Origin: Tubiluchus corallicola
Taxonomy: Eukaryota > Animalia > Priapulida
DNA: 41,143 nt
NCBI GenBank assembly: GCA_030141605.1
Contig: JAQGDQ010001439.1
Coordinates: forward strand, 1 to 41,143
Reading direction: 5' to 3'
This document shows, piece after piece, positions 1 to 13,395 of this stretch. Made by a program: the position numbers and the translations under genes. Under the pieces are notes generated by a model. It was not told where the DNA came from, searched no databases, and saw nothing but the letters and a program-made list of their open reading frames with translations. Numbering within the stretch: the first letter of the stretch is position 1; the number at the start of each line of letters is the position of its first letter.

Positions 1-535
1 CTAGGAATGTTTTTTCCTACTGTGAGTATATATCAATGCAGTGTACTACTCTCAACATTGTTACACAAAGTCCCAATATTAGTGGTTATTCAGAGTGTGG
101 CAGAAGTTGGGCACGGGACATTTAGGGAAACCACACCCGAAAAGCTACGTTTGCTTAAATATATTGATGTTCAAATAGAACGTTTCACTACCAACATCAG
201 TACCATGTAGGTAACCACAGCGATTATCAAAATAATACATTGCATTCATTTTTATTGGACAATTATTGCCAAATTCGCGATACAACACCCCCATCTCATT
301 CGATTGTAACTAAAAATATGTTAACAGCCAACTTTTAAAGCAGCCTTTTTATTTTTAGCACCTTAAATCTTTCCAGTTTATGCAATGAATAATGGACGGG
401 AAAGAGGGTAATAATAGAAATTTGATACTCGGAAAACATATATTTCTTAATACTGTCAGTAGATTACATTAGGGGTTTTTAAATGAAAGCATAGTGTGAT
501 ACCAAATGCCGCGGAACAATACCACAAGGCTTGCA

Positions 536-690
<155 letters not shown>

Positions 691-789
691 GTCTCTAACC
701 TGTCTATCTGCTACATGTTACATGTCTGTTTGTATGTCTGTATCTTTCTATCTCACCCCCCCCCACATAAAAAGTTAAATCAGGCTTAA

Positions 790-1311
790 AAGAAAACTGT
801 GCGATTGCGCAAACACTAATTCTAAAATATTGCAAACTGCAAACAGCTTTTCTGTAACCAAAGCTTAGATTAAATAATAATTACCTCGGATACTCAAATT
901 TCAAAGCTACGCGCAGCTCAGTGAATCTACTAAGATGGGCAACGGTGCCTTTTTGACACATGCGCATGGCCGACAAATAGAAGGAAGTACCGTGATAACC
1001 ATTACCATGAAGTGTTAGTGTCAGTGTTAGTTTCTGACGTCATATGATGTAGAGGCATATGATATCGTGGCATCACGCGTTTAAGCAGTATTGTAGAACT
1101 TACGCAAACGTGCACGGAAGATGCCTGTTATTGCACAAGCTGTGGTTAGTTTCTGACGTAAGCAATAGCTGTGTTCGGTTACCGTTAATTAACTTTTTAA
1201 ACTAATTATTCAAATATGAGAAACAATTGTTAACTTTTATGGGCAAGGAAATGTATATTTTGGACAGTAAATTAAAATGAGATTGAGTCTAAACAATCGT
1301 CCGGTTTTCCT
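790..1311. mobile_element. Kolobok-like MITE, family A, copy 1
   Basis: Flanked by TTAA (786-789, 1312-1315); right TIR ACAATCGTCCGGTTTTCCT, degenerate left TIR; homologous to 17264-17650 and 27836-28378. Confidence 0.75.
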
Positions 1312-1502
1312 TTAAAGTCACAAGAAGAATTATGTTTTGGTTTTAACCACTAATCTCAAATTAAAGCGTATCTGCCATTAATGTGAGTCCATCCCAAATG
1401 TGTGAAGCTCATTTTTACTTGCTCATGTATTGCACTTTTTGAGCCGTAGAGTCGACCCAATTTTGACATTTTGACCACCGTGTTTCCTCAAAGATGCTTT
1501 AA

Positions 1503-2146
1503 GCAAAACCGGACCGAATGCTAAACTGCGGGTCAAAACAATCTACTCTTAAAATATTGAAAGGAAACATGCTATTTTTTCAAAAATCATTTAAGTGAGA
1601 GAATTAAAAAACAAGTGCCACACAAACACAGTTTCAAGTTCGCGCCACGGGTTCTTCACTGTTACATGCATTTCGCCAATCGCTAGTTAGACGGGCACCA
1701 GCGCCTGCATTTCGGAAACACACTGCACAAAATGCACATGAATGCACAAAAAACAAGTGCTGTACCTCTCAGCTCAGACGTGCTAGTTTGTGACGTACTA
1801 CACACGTTCGAAAGCCCATGCGTGAGCACAGCAGTGAATTTGAAATCTGAACTTTTATCTTAAACTTGCCTATATTTAGTACAACATACTGAATATCTTA
1901 CAGTAGCACTGTACTTCAAATTTCGTTTTCGCAAACACGTGCACCACGCTCGTGGAATAATTTTTGCTGTTGAAAATTATGTTAGTTTGTGATGTCGTGA
2001 ATAGTTGGCCTCGCCTGCCGTTAATTAATTTTTAATCTATTATTTAATTATCAGAAACGCTTTTGCAGTATTAATTGTGTTACAATGTAAACTTTTTATC
2101 GAACTTGAAAATGGGTTCAGCGTATGAAAAATCTTCCTGTCTTCCT
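1503..2146. mobile_element. Kolobok-like MITE, family B
   Basis: TTAA-GCAAAACCGG ... CTGTCTTCCT-TTAA; interior 1710-2070 aligns with 10520-10861. Confidence 0.6.
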
Positions 2147-2678
2147 TTAACATACGTCTATCTTGCTCTGGTTCTGCGCAAATGTAAAATGGCTCTTGTC
2201 CAAGTCATTGTAGAATGTTCTTACTTCTGACCTTGATTACACGATCTGAGTATATTTGTGATGTGAGAACTTTTGACTCAATAATCTCTTATTAAACTTT
2301 TTCTCTCAATAAACTCTTTTTAAATTACATAAAGCACTGAAGCGATCAAGGGCAGCATTCGTTGCAGCGTGTTGCACATTGGTCCCTGGAGCAAAATCAA
2401 GCTGTGTTCAGGTGTCTTTAGGTGCAAAAGTTTCACGTGTATCAGGTGTTCTTAAGAAGATTTTAAGCACGTTTTTCTACGGACAATAGGTAAATAATGC
2501 ATGGGATTATATTATTATTTCAGACAATCGCAAAATTATAGAAAAAAATATAGTTATTAAAATTCTTATTCAACCTTATCTTGGCTGCATCGTGTCAACT
2601 TTATAATAAACTTCTGAACCGATGAAGTGATGCGAAACGTTCAAGACGGCCTTGGTTTATAATTGTTGGTTCAATCTT

Positions 2679-3200
2679 TAATATAATATAATAATATATA
2701 ATATAATATGATATGATATGATATGATATGATATGATATGATATGATATGATATGATATGATATGATATGATATGATATGATATGATATGATATGATATG
2801 ATATGATATGATATGATATGATATGATATGATATGATATGATATGATATGATATGATATGATATGATATGATATGATATGATATGATATATGATATATGA
2901 TATATGATACGATATGATACGATATGATGATATGATATGATGATATGATATGATATGATATGATATGATATGATATGATATGATATATGATATGATATGA
3001 TATGATATGATATGATATGATATGATATGATATGATATGATATGATATGATATGATATGATATGATATGATATGATATGATATGATATGATATGATATGA
3101 TATGATATGATATGATATGATATGATATGATATGATATGATATGATATGATATGATATGATATGATATGATATGATATGATATAATATAATATAATAAAA
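2679..3200. repeat. (ATATG)n pentanucleotide satellite with (ATATA)n edges
   Basis: About 95 tandem GATAT units. Confidence 0.98.
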
Positions 3201-3573
3201 ATATTCATGACATTACATCTCATGAGAGTTTGTATAGTAGTAAATGTGTAGTTCTGTAAATCTGTAAATCTGTGTTACTGGCTCATATTGGTCATGTTTA
3301 GGAATTTTTTGGATTCACTGATGAGACTGGAGGGAAAGCCTTTCCGGAAATTTAATAAGCTGTAGTAAATGTGTAGTTTGTACTTTATCACATTTCTATA
3401 CCTGTGGGTACAGACCTAAGTACAACCCTACTTCTGTACTTGCATGACTGGTACAGGAAGGGACGATATTAGAAAAAACTAATGACATTTTAATGACAAT
3501 TGTCAGCAGTTTCGTTATTTACAATCACGAGGAAAAATTAGTTTTTTAGAAGTGGATTTTAGAAGAACACACG

Positions 3574-3666
3574 ATGAAGATTGAAGGAAAGGTTGCGCTG
3601 ATTACTGGAGCAGCTTCTGGTATTGGAAAGGCTTACTGCGAAGCACTGCTAGAGAGAAAGATCAAG
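3574..3666 (+). CDS. HPGD: HPGD-like exon 1
   Basis: MKIEGKVALITGAASGIGKAYCEALLERKIK, then AAG|GTACAG donor; absent from the ORF track. Confidence 0.92.
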
Positions 3667-6600
3667 GTACAGTATCTAAACTTGCATAAGATCTACCGTA
3701 ATATACTTATGTAAAAGTCGAATTTTTGGGAGGCGATTTTAAGGTAAAATTTTTGGGGTCGACTTATACTTACGATATGTTTTTGGGAGATGTCGCTAAA
3801 GAGTTGTCAACAATACGAATATGTAAAGAAATAATCCTTCATTATACTCTGGACTGAATGAACACTCATACCGTGATACTTCACATCAGAGAATGTTCAC
3901 ATCTTGACATTACTTCACAAAATTAATAAATATTACTGTAATTTATTTCAATGTATGTGAAATTAAGTTAAAATTTATACATTACCGGTAAATAAACTAG
4001 CGACGGAGCAATCGATCAGAACATGGAAATCGTCAATGTTGTGCAGGTGCTGCCACCTGTCGACTGCCGCGGGAAGTTTTACACTGGCGTGTTTTATTGT
4101 GGCAAAATATCGATTACCAGCATACACGTGTATGTAAAACACAACTACGCAGAGGTATTAATTTTTGTAAATTATTTTTTTCTTCAAATGGGAAGGTGAT
4201 GACTATAGTTCACCAACACGACTACAAACTAAAGTTTATTTATAGAAAATATCTTTTATGTAACGTAACAACATATTACGACTCTAGAACTAATGTTACA
4301 AGTGTAACTAAACTTATGGATCATCTGGATGGGTGAGCGTGATTGAATTAGCAGTTGGTGGAAATGTAAAAACAATGCTGGCACAACAACTCTAATTACC
4401 ACACATATTAACAATGTTTTACATTATACTTACAGGGTGTGGTTATGGTAGATTTTGACGAAGAAGCTGGACGCGCAACAGAAAGTGATTTTGCTTCAAA
4501 ATTTGGTAGTGGTCGGGCCATATTTGTGAAAGCCAATGTCACAGATGATACTCAACTAGAAGAAGCTTTCAAAGAGGCTATAAAGATATTTGGAGGACTT
4601 GATATTGTGTCCTGCACAGCTGGAGTGATGGATGAAAAGAATTACAAAAGAATGCTTTCGATAAATCTGGTAAATATTGTTACTGTAGGAATTATTTAAC
4701 TGACGTATCTATGACTATGATACTTTGGTCAGAACACAGTTTATTAAAAAATAATAATTTGAATTGAAATTGAGTACCATGGTAAGTTAAAAGTAACTTT
4801 GAGTACTAAGTCACTTATTTTGAACTCAGTTGGTACAAATCATACTAAATTTAATACTTTTTCAGGCTTTTTAATTTGTCTATTTCAATTTGGTTATTAA
4901 AATATTAAAATAATGTGTTAAACAAATTTTTTGCGCAGCAGAAGTGTTGAGGCTGCAGTAGCGTTTCTTTGCAGAGCATTTGTTTCTGAACGACTGAATT
5001 GAATAAATTTTGTTTCTCAAAACGAGTACAAAAAAGATTTTTGAAATTGTCTATGTAGCTTCGAGATTAACCTACCATTTCTGAAATTCCTGTTTAAAGC
5101 ACAAAAAACCCTCCATTTATGTAAAGTTAAAAAAACATCTTGAAATTTTTTAAATCGCTTATATATTGCCTTTTTGCATGCAGGACTAGCGTCGGCAGTA
5201 ACGCTATACAAAACTTGGGAATTTAAACTCTCGCGATGACCGATAGACACAGCCATTTTTTAAAATGGTAGGTCGTTTGAAACAAGTTTAAATAACACTG
5301 AGTAAACTTTGAAAAAATAATCAGAGCATGCGTAGCACCCACGTCACCAACAAAGTAAAATTTTATATTACACTGTATCTTGTCAATAAGACTAAAACTG
5401 CGTTTTTGGTTAGTGAGTTGTGCACCGTGGAGCGTGGGTCAGCGACATTTTACCAATTAGTGAAAACATATTAAATAATTAATTGTTTTCTCTTCTATTT
5501 ACATAAGTCTTTCCAGCACCTAAGCGAAGGTTAAGTAATACAGGTTTGTATGGAAAGTTTTTTTGGGACATAATTTAACATTTTCTTTTCTTCCCCTGAT
5601 TTACGTTTGCGTAGTGACGTCATGTAATGACACAGTTGAACATCATCATCATCATCATCATTATCCAACGAATCATACGTCCAGGGACATGATTCTGCTC
5701 ACCTCCCTATGCCAGGACTCCCTACTCGCTGCAATGCCCCAGTGCATTGATTTCTAAGGATCAATGCTGAAGTGTTTAAATCTTGCTGTGCAAAATCTAA
5801 ATGTTAAATGTTAACATTTGTCCTCCTGTAGGTTTTTTAGCTGGTTCTATGGCTTGTTGAAGAGCTATCTTCACTGGAATACCATCAGTTAGTCTAAGCA
5901 TATGCCCAATCCATCTTAAACGGCGTCTTTTTATTTTTCTTGTCCAAGGTTCTTCTTTTATTTTTTCATATAGATCTTTGTTTGAAATTTTCTTTGGCCA
6001 TCTAATACCCCAAATGTTTCTGTAATTTCGCCTTTGAAACGCATCGATTTCAGCTTTATGATTTGCTTTCAATGTCCAGAGCTCAATGTTATACAGAAAT
6101 ACAGTTTCAACTAAGGCTGAGAATATTCTAATTTTTGTTTCCAAAGAAATCTTCCTATTCTCAAAAACTTTTGTGACACAGTTGAACAATGTCGCGCGAA
6201 TTTTAAAATGAAAACAAACAAAAATTCCTTTTAACGCGAGTACGATATACGATATGTATAAAATTGCTATAAAGTAATATAATTTTTTAAAGCGACTATT
6301 CTGAAACCTACTTTAGGTGCCCCTTTTCTTGTCCTTTAAATACGCTGATACACGCCATCTACTTGCAGACTGGCTTTTACCGTTTTCCTAATAGTACATT
6401 CTGGTACAATAGTAACCGAAAAGAAACAGTGTAGGATTTTTAATCCTCTTTGTAACAGTCATAATATCTGCTATTTCGGTTTCAGGAGGCAGTAATAACA
6501 GGTTCATACTTGGCACTTGATTACATAGGAAAAAGTAGCGAAGGTAAATCTGGAGTAGTGATCAACACCGCATCCGTCTTAGGTGAGAGCAACTTTCATA

Positions 6601-9600
6601 CTTTGCAAACATGTAGACCTAAGCTCGAATTTAATCTTTATTACCTAGGACTAACTCAAATTCAACTTTTATTACGTATGCCTAACTCAAATTTAACTTT
6701 TATTACATAGGACTAACTCGAATTTAACTTTTATTAGGTAGGACTAACTCAAATTCAACTTTTATTACGTAGACTAACTTGAATTTAGCTTTTATTATCT
6801 AAGACTAATTTAAATTTAACTTTTATTATGTAGGACTAACTCGAATTTAACTTTTATTATGTGGGACTAACTCGAATTTAACTTTTATTATGTAAGACTA
6901 ACTCGAATTTAACTTTGATTATATAAGACTAACTCGAATTTAACTTTTATTACGTACGCGTAACTTGAATTTAAGTTTTATTACGTAAGGCTAACTCGAA
7001 TTTAATTTTTATAATGTAAGAGTTATTCGAATTCAACTTTTATCACGTAGGACTAACTCGAATTTAACTTTTATTACATATTGTAATTTCAATGCAACTC
7101 TGACATTTTGGTCTTGAACTGTGAAATGAATTCCTGCAACGAGTTGGAATTTCTAAACAGTTTTTCTTGTTTCCCATTCAGGTCTCGTTGGTTTTGCGGG
7201 CGTGCCTGCTTACTGCGCATCTAAATTTGGTGTTGTGGGTTTAACAAGATCATTGAGTCAGGTAAATGTTGATTCACGTTACTGATGAAAGATGCACGTG
7301 GGAAAAACTTTGAATAGCTAGTGTCATACTAGGCAGTAGCTAAGATGTTTAAAATGTTAGCGATCGATGAAGACATCATCGTTGTACCCATCATCTTGTG
7401 AGGAATACTGAAGATACAAAAGATGAGTGACTTCAGATCTCACACAACAAGTTTGTGTGTTATTAAGTATTGTGAGTGATACTAAAGATACAAAAGATGA
7501 GTGACTTCAGATCTCACCACAACAAGTTTGTATGTTATTAAGTAGTGTGAGTGATACCAAAGATACAAAAGATGAGTGATTTCAGATCTCACCACAACTA
7601 GTGTGTGCGTTATTAAGTATTGAGAGTGATACCAAAGATACAAAAGATGAGTGACTTCAGATCTCACACAACAAGTTTGTGTGTTATTAAGTATTGTGAG
7701 TGATACTAAAGATACAAAAGATGAGTGACTTCAGATCTCACCACAACAAGTTTGTATGTTATTAAGTAGTGTGAGTGATACCAAAGATACAAAAGATGAG
7801 TGATTTCAGATCTCACCACAACTAGTGTGTGCGTTATTAAGTATTGAGAGTGATACCAAAGATACAAAAGATGAGTGACTTCAGATCTCACACAACAAGT
7901 TTGTGTGTTATTAAGTATTGTGAGTGATACCAAAGATACAAAAGATGAGTGACTTCAGATCTCACCACAACAAGTTTGGGTGTTATTAAGTATTGTGAGT
8001 GATACCAAAGATACAAAAGTTGAGTGATTTCAGATCTCACCACAACAAGTGTGTGCGTTATTAAGTATTGAGAGTGATACCAAAGATACAAAAGATGAGT
8101 GATTTCAGATCCCACCACAACAAGTTTGCTTGTTACTAAGTATTGTGAGTGATACCAAAGATGCAAAAGTTGAGTGATTTCAGATCTCACCACAACAAGT
8201 TTGTATGTTATTAAGTAGTGTGAGTGATACCAAAGATACAAAAGATGAGTGATTTCAGATCTCACCACAACTAGTGTGTGCGTTATTAAGTATTGAGAGT
8301 GATACCAAAGATACAAAAGATGAGTGATTTCAGATCTCACACAACAAGTTTGTATGTTATTAAGTATTGTGAGTGATACTAAAGATACAAAAGATGAGTG
8401 ACTTCAGATCTGACCACAACAAGTTTGTATGTTATTAAGTATTGTGAGTGATACTAAAGATACAAAAGATGAGTGACTTCAGATCTGACCACAACAAGTT
8501 TGTGTGTTATTAAGTATTGTGAGTGATACCAAAGATACAAAAGATGAGTGATTTCAGATCTCACCACAACAAGTGTGTGTGTTATTAAGTATTGTGAGTG
8601 ATACTAAAGATACAAAAGATGAGTGATTTCAGATCTCACACAACAAGTTTGTATGTTATTAAGTATTGTGAGTGATACTAAAGATACAAAAGATGAGTGA
8701 CTTCAGATCTGACCACAACAAGTTTGGGTGTTATTAAGTAGTGTGAGTGATACCAAAGATACAAAAGATGAGTGATTTCAGATCTGACCACAACAAGTTT
8801 GGGTGTTATTAAGTATTGTGAGTGATACCAAAGATACAAAAGATGAGTGATTTCAGATCTGACCACAACAAGTTTGTATGTTATTAAGTAGTGTGAGTGA
8901 TACCAAAGATACAAAAGATGAGTGATTTCAGATCTCACCACAACAAGTTTGGGTGTTATTAAGTATTGTGAGTGATACCAAAGATACAAAAGATGAGTGA
9001 TTTCAGATCTCACCACAACAAGTTTGTGTGTTATTAAGTATTGTGAGTGATACCAAAGATACAAAAGATGAGTGATTTCAGATCTGACCACAACAAGTTT
9101 GGGTGTTATTAAGTAGTGTGAGTGATACCAAAGATACAAAAGATGAGTGATTTCAGATCTCACCACAACAAGTTTGGGTGTTATTAAGTATTGTGAGTGA
9201 TACCAAAGATACAAAAGATGAGTGATTTCAGATCTCACCACAACAAGTTTGTATGTTATTAAGTATTGTGAGTGATTACACGAATTACACTTTGCTATAA
9301 AATGCCCATAATATTATTACAATGATCTTAGAGGAAAATTATATAATCACGTCAATGCAATTAAACCAGAGTTTTTCCTTATGAGCGATGCTGATAAATT
9401 TTTATTCCTGGTGTGAAGTAATGATATAGAAGTATTTAAGGCATTTATTGATTACGTTGAAAAAGCATTTTTAAGACATGATGAACAATATACTATGCAA
9501 TGATCATATCACTGAAAATGAGACGTAACGAATAAGAATTTATTTTAAATCCATTAAATTCTTCATTTTAATAACTAAAATAGTTAACAGGAAGATTTAA

Positions 9601-10181
9601 TAATATTTGTATTATCAGTAATTCTTTGTTTATCTTCAGTGTCACTATACTTCAATATTGAAATTCTATGTATGTCTTGTATGTATTTTTGGCACTAATA
9701 AATAATTATAAACGTATAAATATCATAAATTTGGAATTTAATATCTATTTTGCAGGTGGATAAGATGACTAAGAAACCTGATTACAACATTCGATTCAAT
9801 GCCATTTGTCCACTTGCCGTTGATACAGCCTTACTGGAGGAGAAGCATGTTTTTGAAAAGTGGGAAGAAGCAGCCCTGGAGACATTTCAAAAATCAACTG
9901 AAGCAACGGGATTCCTTAAGTATGATTATTTACGAGATACAATCACACACAAAAAAATACCAAATTTGCCATAACCCGAGAGAGTTATTGTGTTATTTTA
10001 TTTTGTGACTGCTGTAGTTATAGTTACACATTTTGCTTTTAGGCCACCAGATGTTGCTGAAGCTTTCGTCAGGGTGGTAGAGGATGACAGTTTAAATGGA
10101 GCATGCGTAGTAGTGTCGCTTGCTGGACAGAAGGAATTTTATCCTGGAGAGGGGATAATTCCACCTCCGAAAGCAACTTAA
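3574..10181 (+). CDS. HPGD: 15-hydroxyprostaglandin dehydrogenase-like NAD+-dependent short-chain dehydrogenase/reductase, 6 coding exons, 268 aa
   Basis: join(3574-3666,4436-4669,6486-6582,7182-7261,9756-9919,10043-10181) = 807 nt, all GT-AG, phases consistent. Motifs: TGAASGIG (TGxxxGxG), acidic residue after beta2 (VMVD), INTAS (catalytic Ser), YCASK (YxxxK), NAICP, DDSLNGA. Symbol means HPGD-like; orthology not shown. Confidence 0.93.
3696..3772. mobile_element. Possible left end of a pogo/Tigger-type MITE
   Basis: TA-CCGTAATATAC...AAGTCGA...GGGGTCGACTTATAC resembles pogo-like MITE termini (recall); no right TIR found. Confidence 0.35.
4436..4669 (+). CDS. HPGD: HPGD-like exon 2
   Basis: TTACAG| acceptor; GVVMVDFDEEAG...GGLDIVSCTAGVMDEKNYKRMLSINL; |GTAAAT donor. 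Confidence 0.92.
5098..6335. mobile_element. Kolobok-like MITE, family C, copy 1 (interrupted by an RTE insertion)
   Basis: TTAA-AGCACAAAAAACCC ... CCCTTTTCTTGTCCT-TTAA; 5100-5605 aligns with 35306-35795. Confidence 0.7.
5643..6173 (-). mobile_element. 5'-truncated RTE-clade non-LTR retrotransposon
   Basis: Encodes TKIRIFSALVETVFLY..ELWT..IDAFQRR..GIRW..ISN..RRRLRWIGHMLR (RTE ORF C-terminal region); (GAT)n 3' tail; 15-bp TSD TGACACAGTTGAACA at 5628-5642 and 6174-6188. Confidence 0.92.
6486..6582 (+). CDS. HPGD: HPGD-like exon 3
   Basis: TTTCAG| EAVITGSYLALDYIGKSSEGKSGVVINTASVL-G |GTGAGA. Confidence 0.92.
6617..7080. repeat. 31-bp minisatellite (~15 copies), HPGD intron 3
   Basis: Unit GACTAACTCGAATTTAACTTTTATTAYRTAG. 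Confidence 0.95.
7182..7261 (+). CDS. HPGD: HPGD-like exon 4 (catalytic YxxxK)
   Basis: Polypyrimidine tract plus CAG; LVGFAGVPAYCASKFGVVGLTRSLSQ |GTAAAT. Confidence 0.93.
7405..9276. repeat. 75-bp minisatellite (~25 copies), HPGD intron 4
   Basis: Unit AAAGATACAAAAGATGAGTGATTTCAGATCTCACCACAACAAGTTTGTGTGTTATTAAGTATTGTGAGTGATACC, with some 74-bp variants. Confidence 0.97.
9756..9919 (+). CDS. HPGD: HPGD-like exon 5
   Basis: TTGCAG| VDKMTKKPDYNIRFNAICPLAVDTALL...ATGFL; AA|GTATGA phase-2 donor. Confidence 0.9.
10043..10181 (+). CDS. HPGD: HPGD-like exon 6 (terminal)
   Basis: TTTTAG|G completes Lys; PPDVAEAFVRVVEDDSLNGACVVV...PPKAT-TAA. Confidence 0.9.
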
Positions 10182-10452
10182 TGTACAGTGCTCCAAGAGT
10201 GCTGTTAGTACAATGATTTACAGAAGTGAACAATCTTCAGTTAACAGAGAAATCATGGGCTCAATGTCTTGTTTACTTTTGGCAGTAATGATATCTTTGC
10301 ATATACATAGACAGCTGCAAAACAAACGCAAGTAAAGATGGAACTTTGGACACCAGTTTGTCATATTAGAGATGTATTCGTTTCGCATTTTAAAGCTATT
10401 TAATATAATGATGTATAACTAAGGCCTAGTGAAGATAATGCTTGCTGGATAT

Positions 10453-10513
10453 GTGTGTGTGTGTGTGTGTGTGTGTGTCTGCGCGTGCGCGTGTGCGTGT
10501 GCGCGTGTGTGTG
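10453..10513. repeat. (GT)n/(GC)n alternating purine-pyrimidine tract
   Basis: Direct reading. Confidence 0.95.
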
Positions 10514-10519
10514 AGCGTA

Positions 10520-10861
10520 TTTCGAAACGCATTGCACAAAAAACAGGTGCTGTGCGACTCACTTTAGAGCTGTTCGTTTGTGACATGCTGCACACGTTCG
10601 ACAGCTCATGCGTGAACACAGTGGTAAATTTGAAATTTGAATTGTTAGCTTAAAACTTGCCTAGTTTTAGTAAAACACACTGAATATCTTACAGTGGCAC
10701 TGTACTTCAATTTTCACTTTCACAAACACGTGCAACACGCTCGTGGAACATTTTTGTTATTGAAAATTATGTTAGTTTGTGATGTCATCAATAGTTGGGC
10801 TTGCCCGTCGCTAATTAAGTTTTTAATCTATTATTTAATTAGCAGAAATGCTTTTGTAGTA
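10520..10861. mobile_element. Internal fragment of MITE family B
   Basis: Co-linear with 1710-2070 (shared CTGAATATCTTACAGT.GCACTGTACTTCAA and GAAAATTATGTTAGTTTGTGATGTC). Confidence 0.8.
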
Positions 10862-11093
10862 AATTGGATATTAATTATAAATTAATTTCGCATCACGTTA
10901 CTCGCAGTGGAAATGACAAACACGTAAAGAATGATTTACAGAAGGATGCTATTGTTTCAATTAATTTTCCGTGTGAGCCATATGGAAGAAGTCTGTGTCT
11001 GTGCGGGAGCAGTGTAAACGTGGCCTAAGTCTGCACAATTACCTGGCATATGCGCGTGTATGCTTCTACTTCTGTAAACAAATTTAGTTTATT

Positions 11094-11545
<452 letters not shown>

Positions 11546-12729
11546 AAATGTACAAATTGTTTGAACGTTGCCCTAGTGTACATCAATATCCAATATATCA
11601 ATAGCCACATCGCATAGATGACGTTTATTCACATTGTTTGCAATGGATGATAACAATGGAAGTATGAGGAGTAATATGGTAAGTGTGTTGCCAAAATAAC
11701 TTCTGCACTTTAATATATAAATGTTTTGTTTTTTAAATATGGTGAGTCTCAAACTGTGGAATTTGTAACACAAACGATTATCAAACTACAAAAGTATAAA
11801 TTTATCTTTATTTTGTTCTAGGTAAAGACAATCGTAGTTTTTTTCACTAAGTTTAGCATTCTAAGTATTATGATATCACAGAAAACTTTGAATTGTTACT
11901 TGCTCTTGGATACTATTGCTTGGAAACTGATTCTTTTGCACTTCTCTCTTTTCTCTGATCCGGTTTTGATTGACGCCAAATGCTGCAAAATGGTCAGCTT
12001 ATCATTACAACTTAGCCTAACAATAAATTTTTATGGGCAAGGCGCACAACTGAGTAGTCACGATACGTGCTTAGGGACCGGAATTGGGTAATAGTAGCAG
12101 TCAGTCACTATACATTTTTCATAACACAAACAAACTAAAGGAACGATACACACTCATTGGAAAGTGGCTAAGGTACATTTACAGGCTCAGCGTGCTGTTC
12201 TAGAGAATTATTCTCAATAATGAACTAGATTCCGGCCCCACCACAATGACATATTTTAACTACGCTGTAAGTTTTAATAACTAAGCATGCAGGATTACGT
12301 AAGCAAAAATGCTGCATTATGAAACAAATACGAAATTCATCCATTATGTAACAAATTGTACGTCATTATTTAGCAGTCATTACGTAAGAATTTTGCGTCA
12401 TTACGTAGCTACCAATTTGTAACAAGAATAATTTATTGTGTAGCACCGTTTGAACATGTTGTAGTTCGTCAGATTTCAGCGCCATCTTGTCTGCTTTGAG
12501 GTCTAGTATATCAAACATCTGATATGGTTGCATGTGGTCTGTCATGTGTATAAATAATGGTTTATCAGTGCGAGAAACAGGAACTGAAAAGAACATAGTT
12601 CTTTCTAATGTTGTTGCGGAAATTCTTACACACAAGCAACAAGTTCAATCCTAGGAAGTTGAAATTTCGCCAGACATAACACTAAAGTACTGTAAATCAC
12701 AAGCCACGGGAGTACAGTCATGCCAAACT

Positions 12730-13395
12730 CGGCCAGACTAGACATCTGACCATTAGACTTTAGACAGACCAGACGCAACATGGAATAACAACAGGCCAGA
12801 CGTCTGATAGACTAAATTTCAGACAGGCCAGACCCCAGACAGACCCGTCACAGACGTCTGATAGATCGAATTTCAGACAGACTAGCCATGGACCACAACT
12901 TTGATAGATGAAATCTCATATCTCAGGCAGACCTGATTCTGACAGGCCAGGCCACAGACAGACACGCCACAGAATAGACGTCTGATAGATCGAATTTCAG
13001 ACAGACTAGCCATGGACCACAATTTGATAGATCTCGTACCTCAGGCAGACCTGATTCTGACAGGCCAGGCCACAGACAGACACGCCACAGAACAGACTCT
13101 GATAGATCGAACCTCAGACAGACTAGCCATGGACCACAACTTTGATAGATGAAATCGCATACCTCAGGCAGACCTGATTCTGACAGGCCAGGCCACAGAC
13201 AGACACGCCACAGAACAGACTCTGGTAGATCGAATTTCAGACAGACTAGCCATGAACCACAACTCTGATAGATGAAATCTCGTACCTCAGGCAGACCTGA
13301 TTCTGACAGGCCAGGCCCCAGACAGACCCGTCACAGAATAGACGTCTGATAGATCGAATTTCAGACAGACTAGCCATGGACTACAAGCCAGACTG
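12730..13395. repeat. ~124-bp tandem repeat (~4.5 copies) built from CAGAC-rich subunits
   Basis: AGACGTCTGATAGATCGAATTTCAGACAGACTAGCCATGG recurs at 12852, 12976, ~13095, ~13216 and ~13340. Confidence 0.92.

Noticed and set aside
2610-2646. Minimal Penelope-type hammerhead (CCGATGA...CGAAAC)
   Set aside because: Core CUGA is mutated and helix II does not pair
3320-3350. SECIS element (ATGA...AAA...GA)
   Set aside because: Stem register does not give the GA quartet; it lies 5' of a gene with no in-frame TGA
7482-9241. 25-aa repeat ORFs on the minus strand
   Set aside because: 75-bp intronic minisatellite with scattered stops and frameshifting 74-bp units
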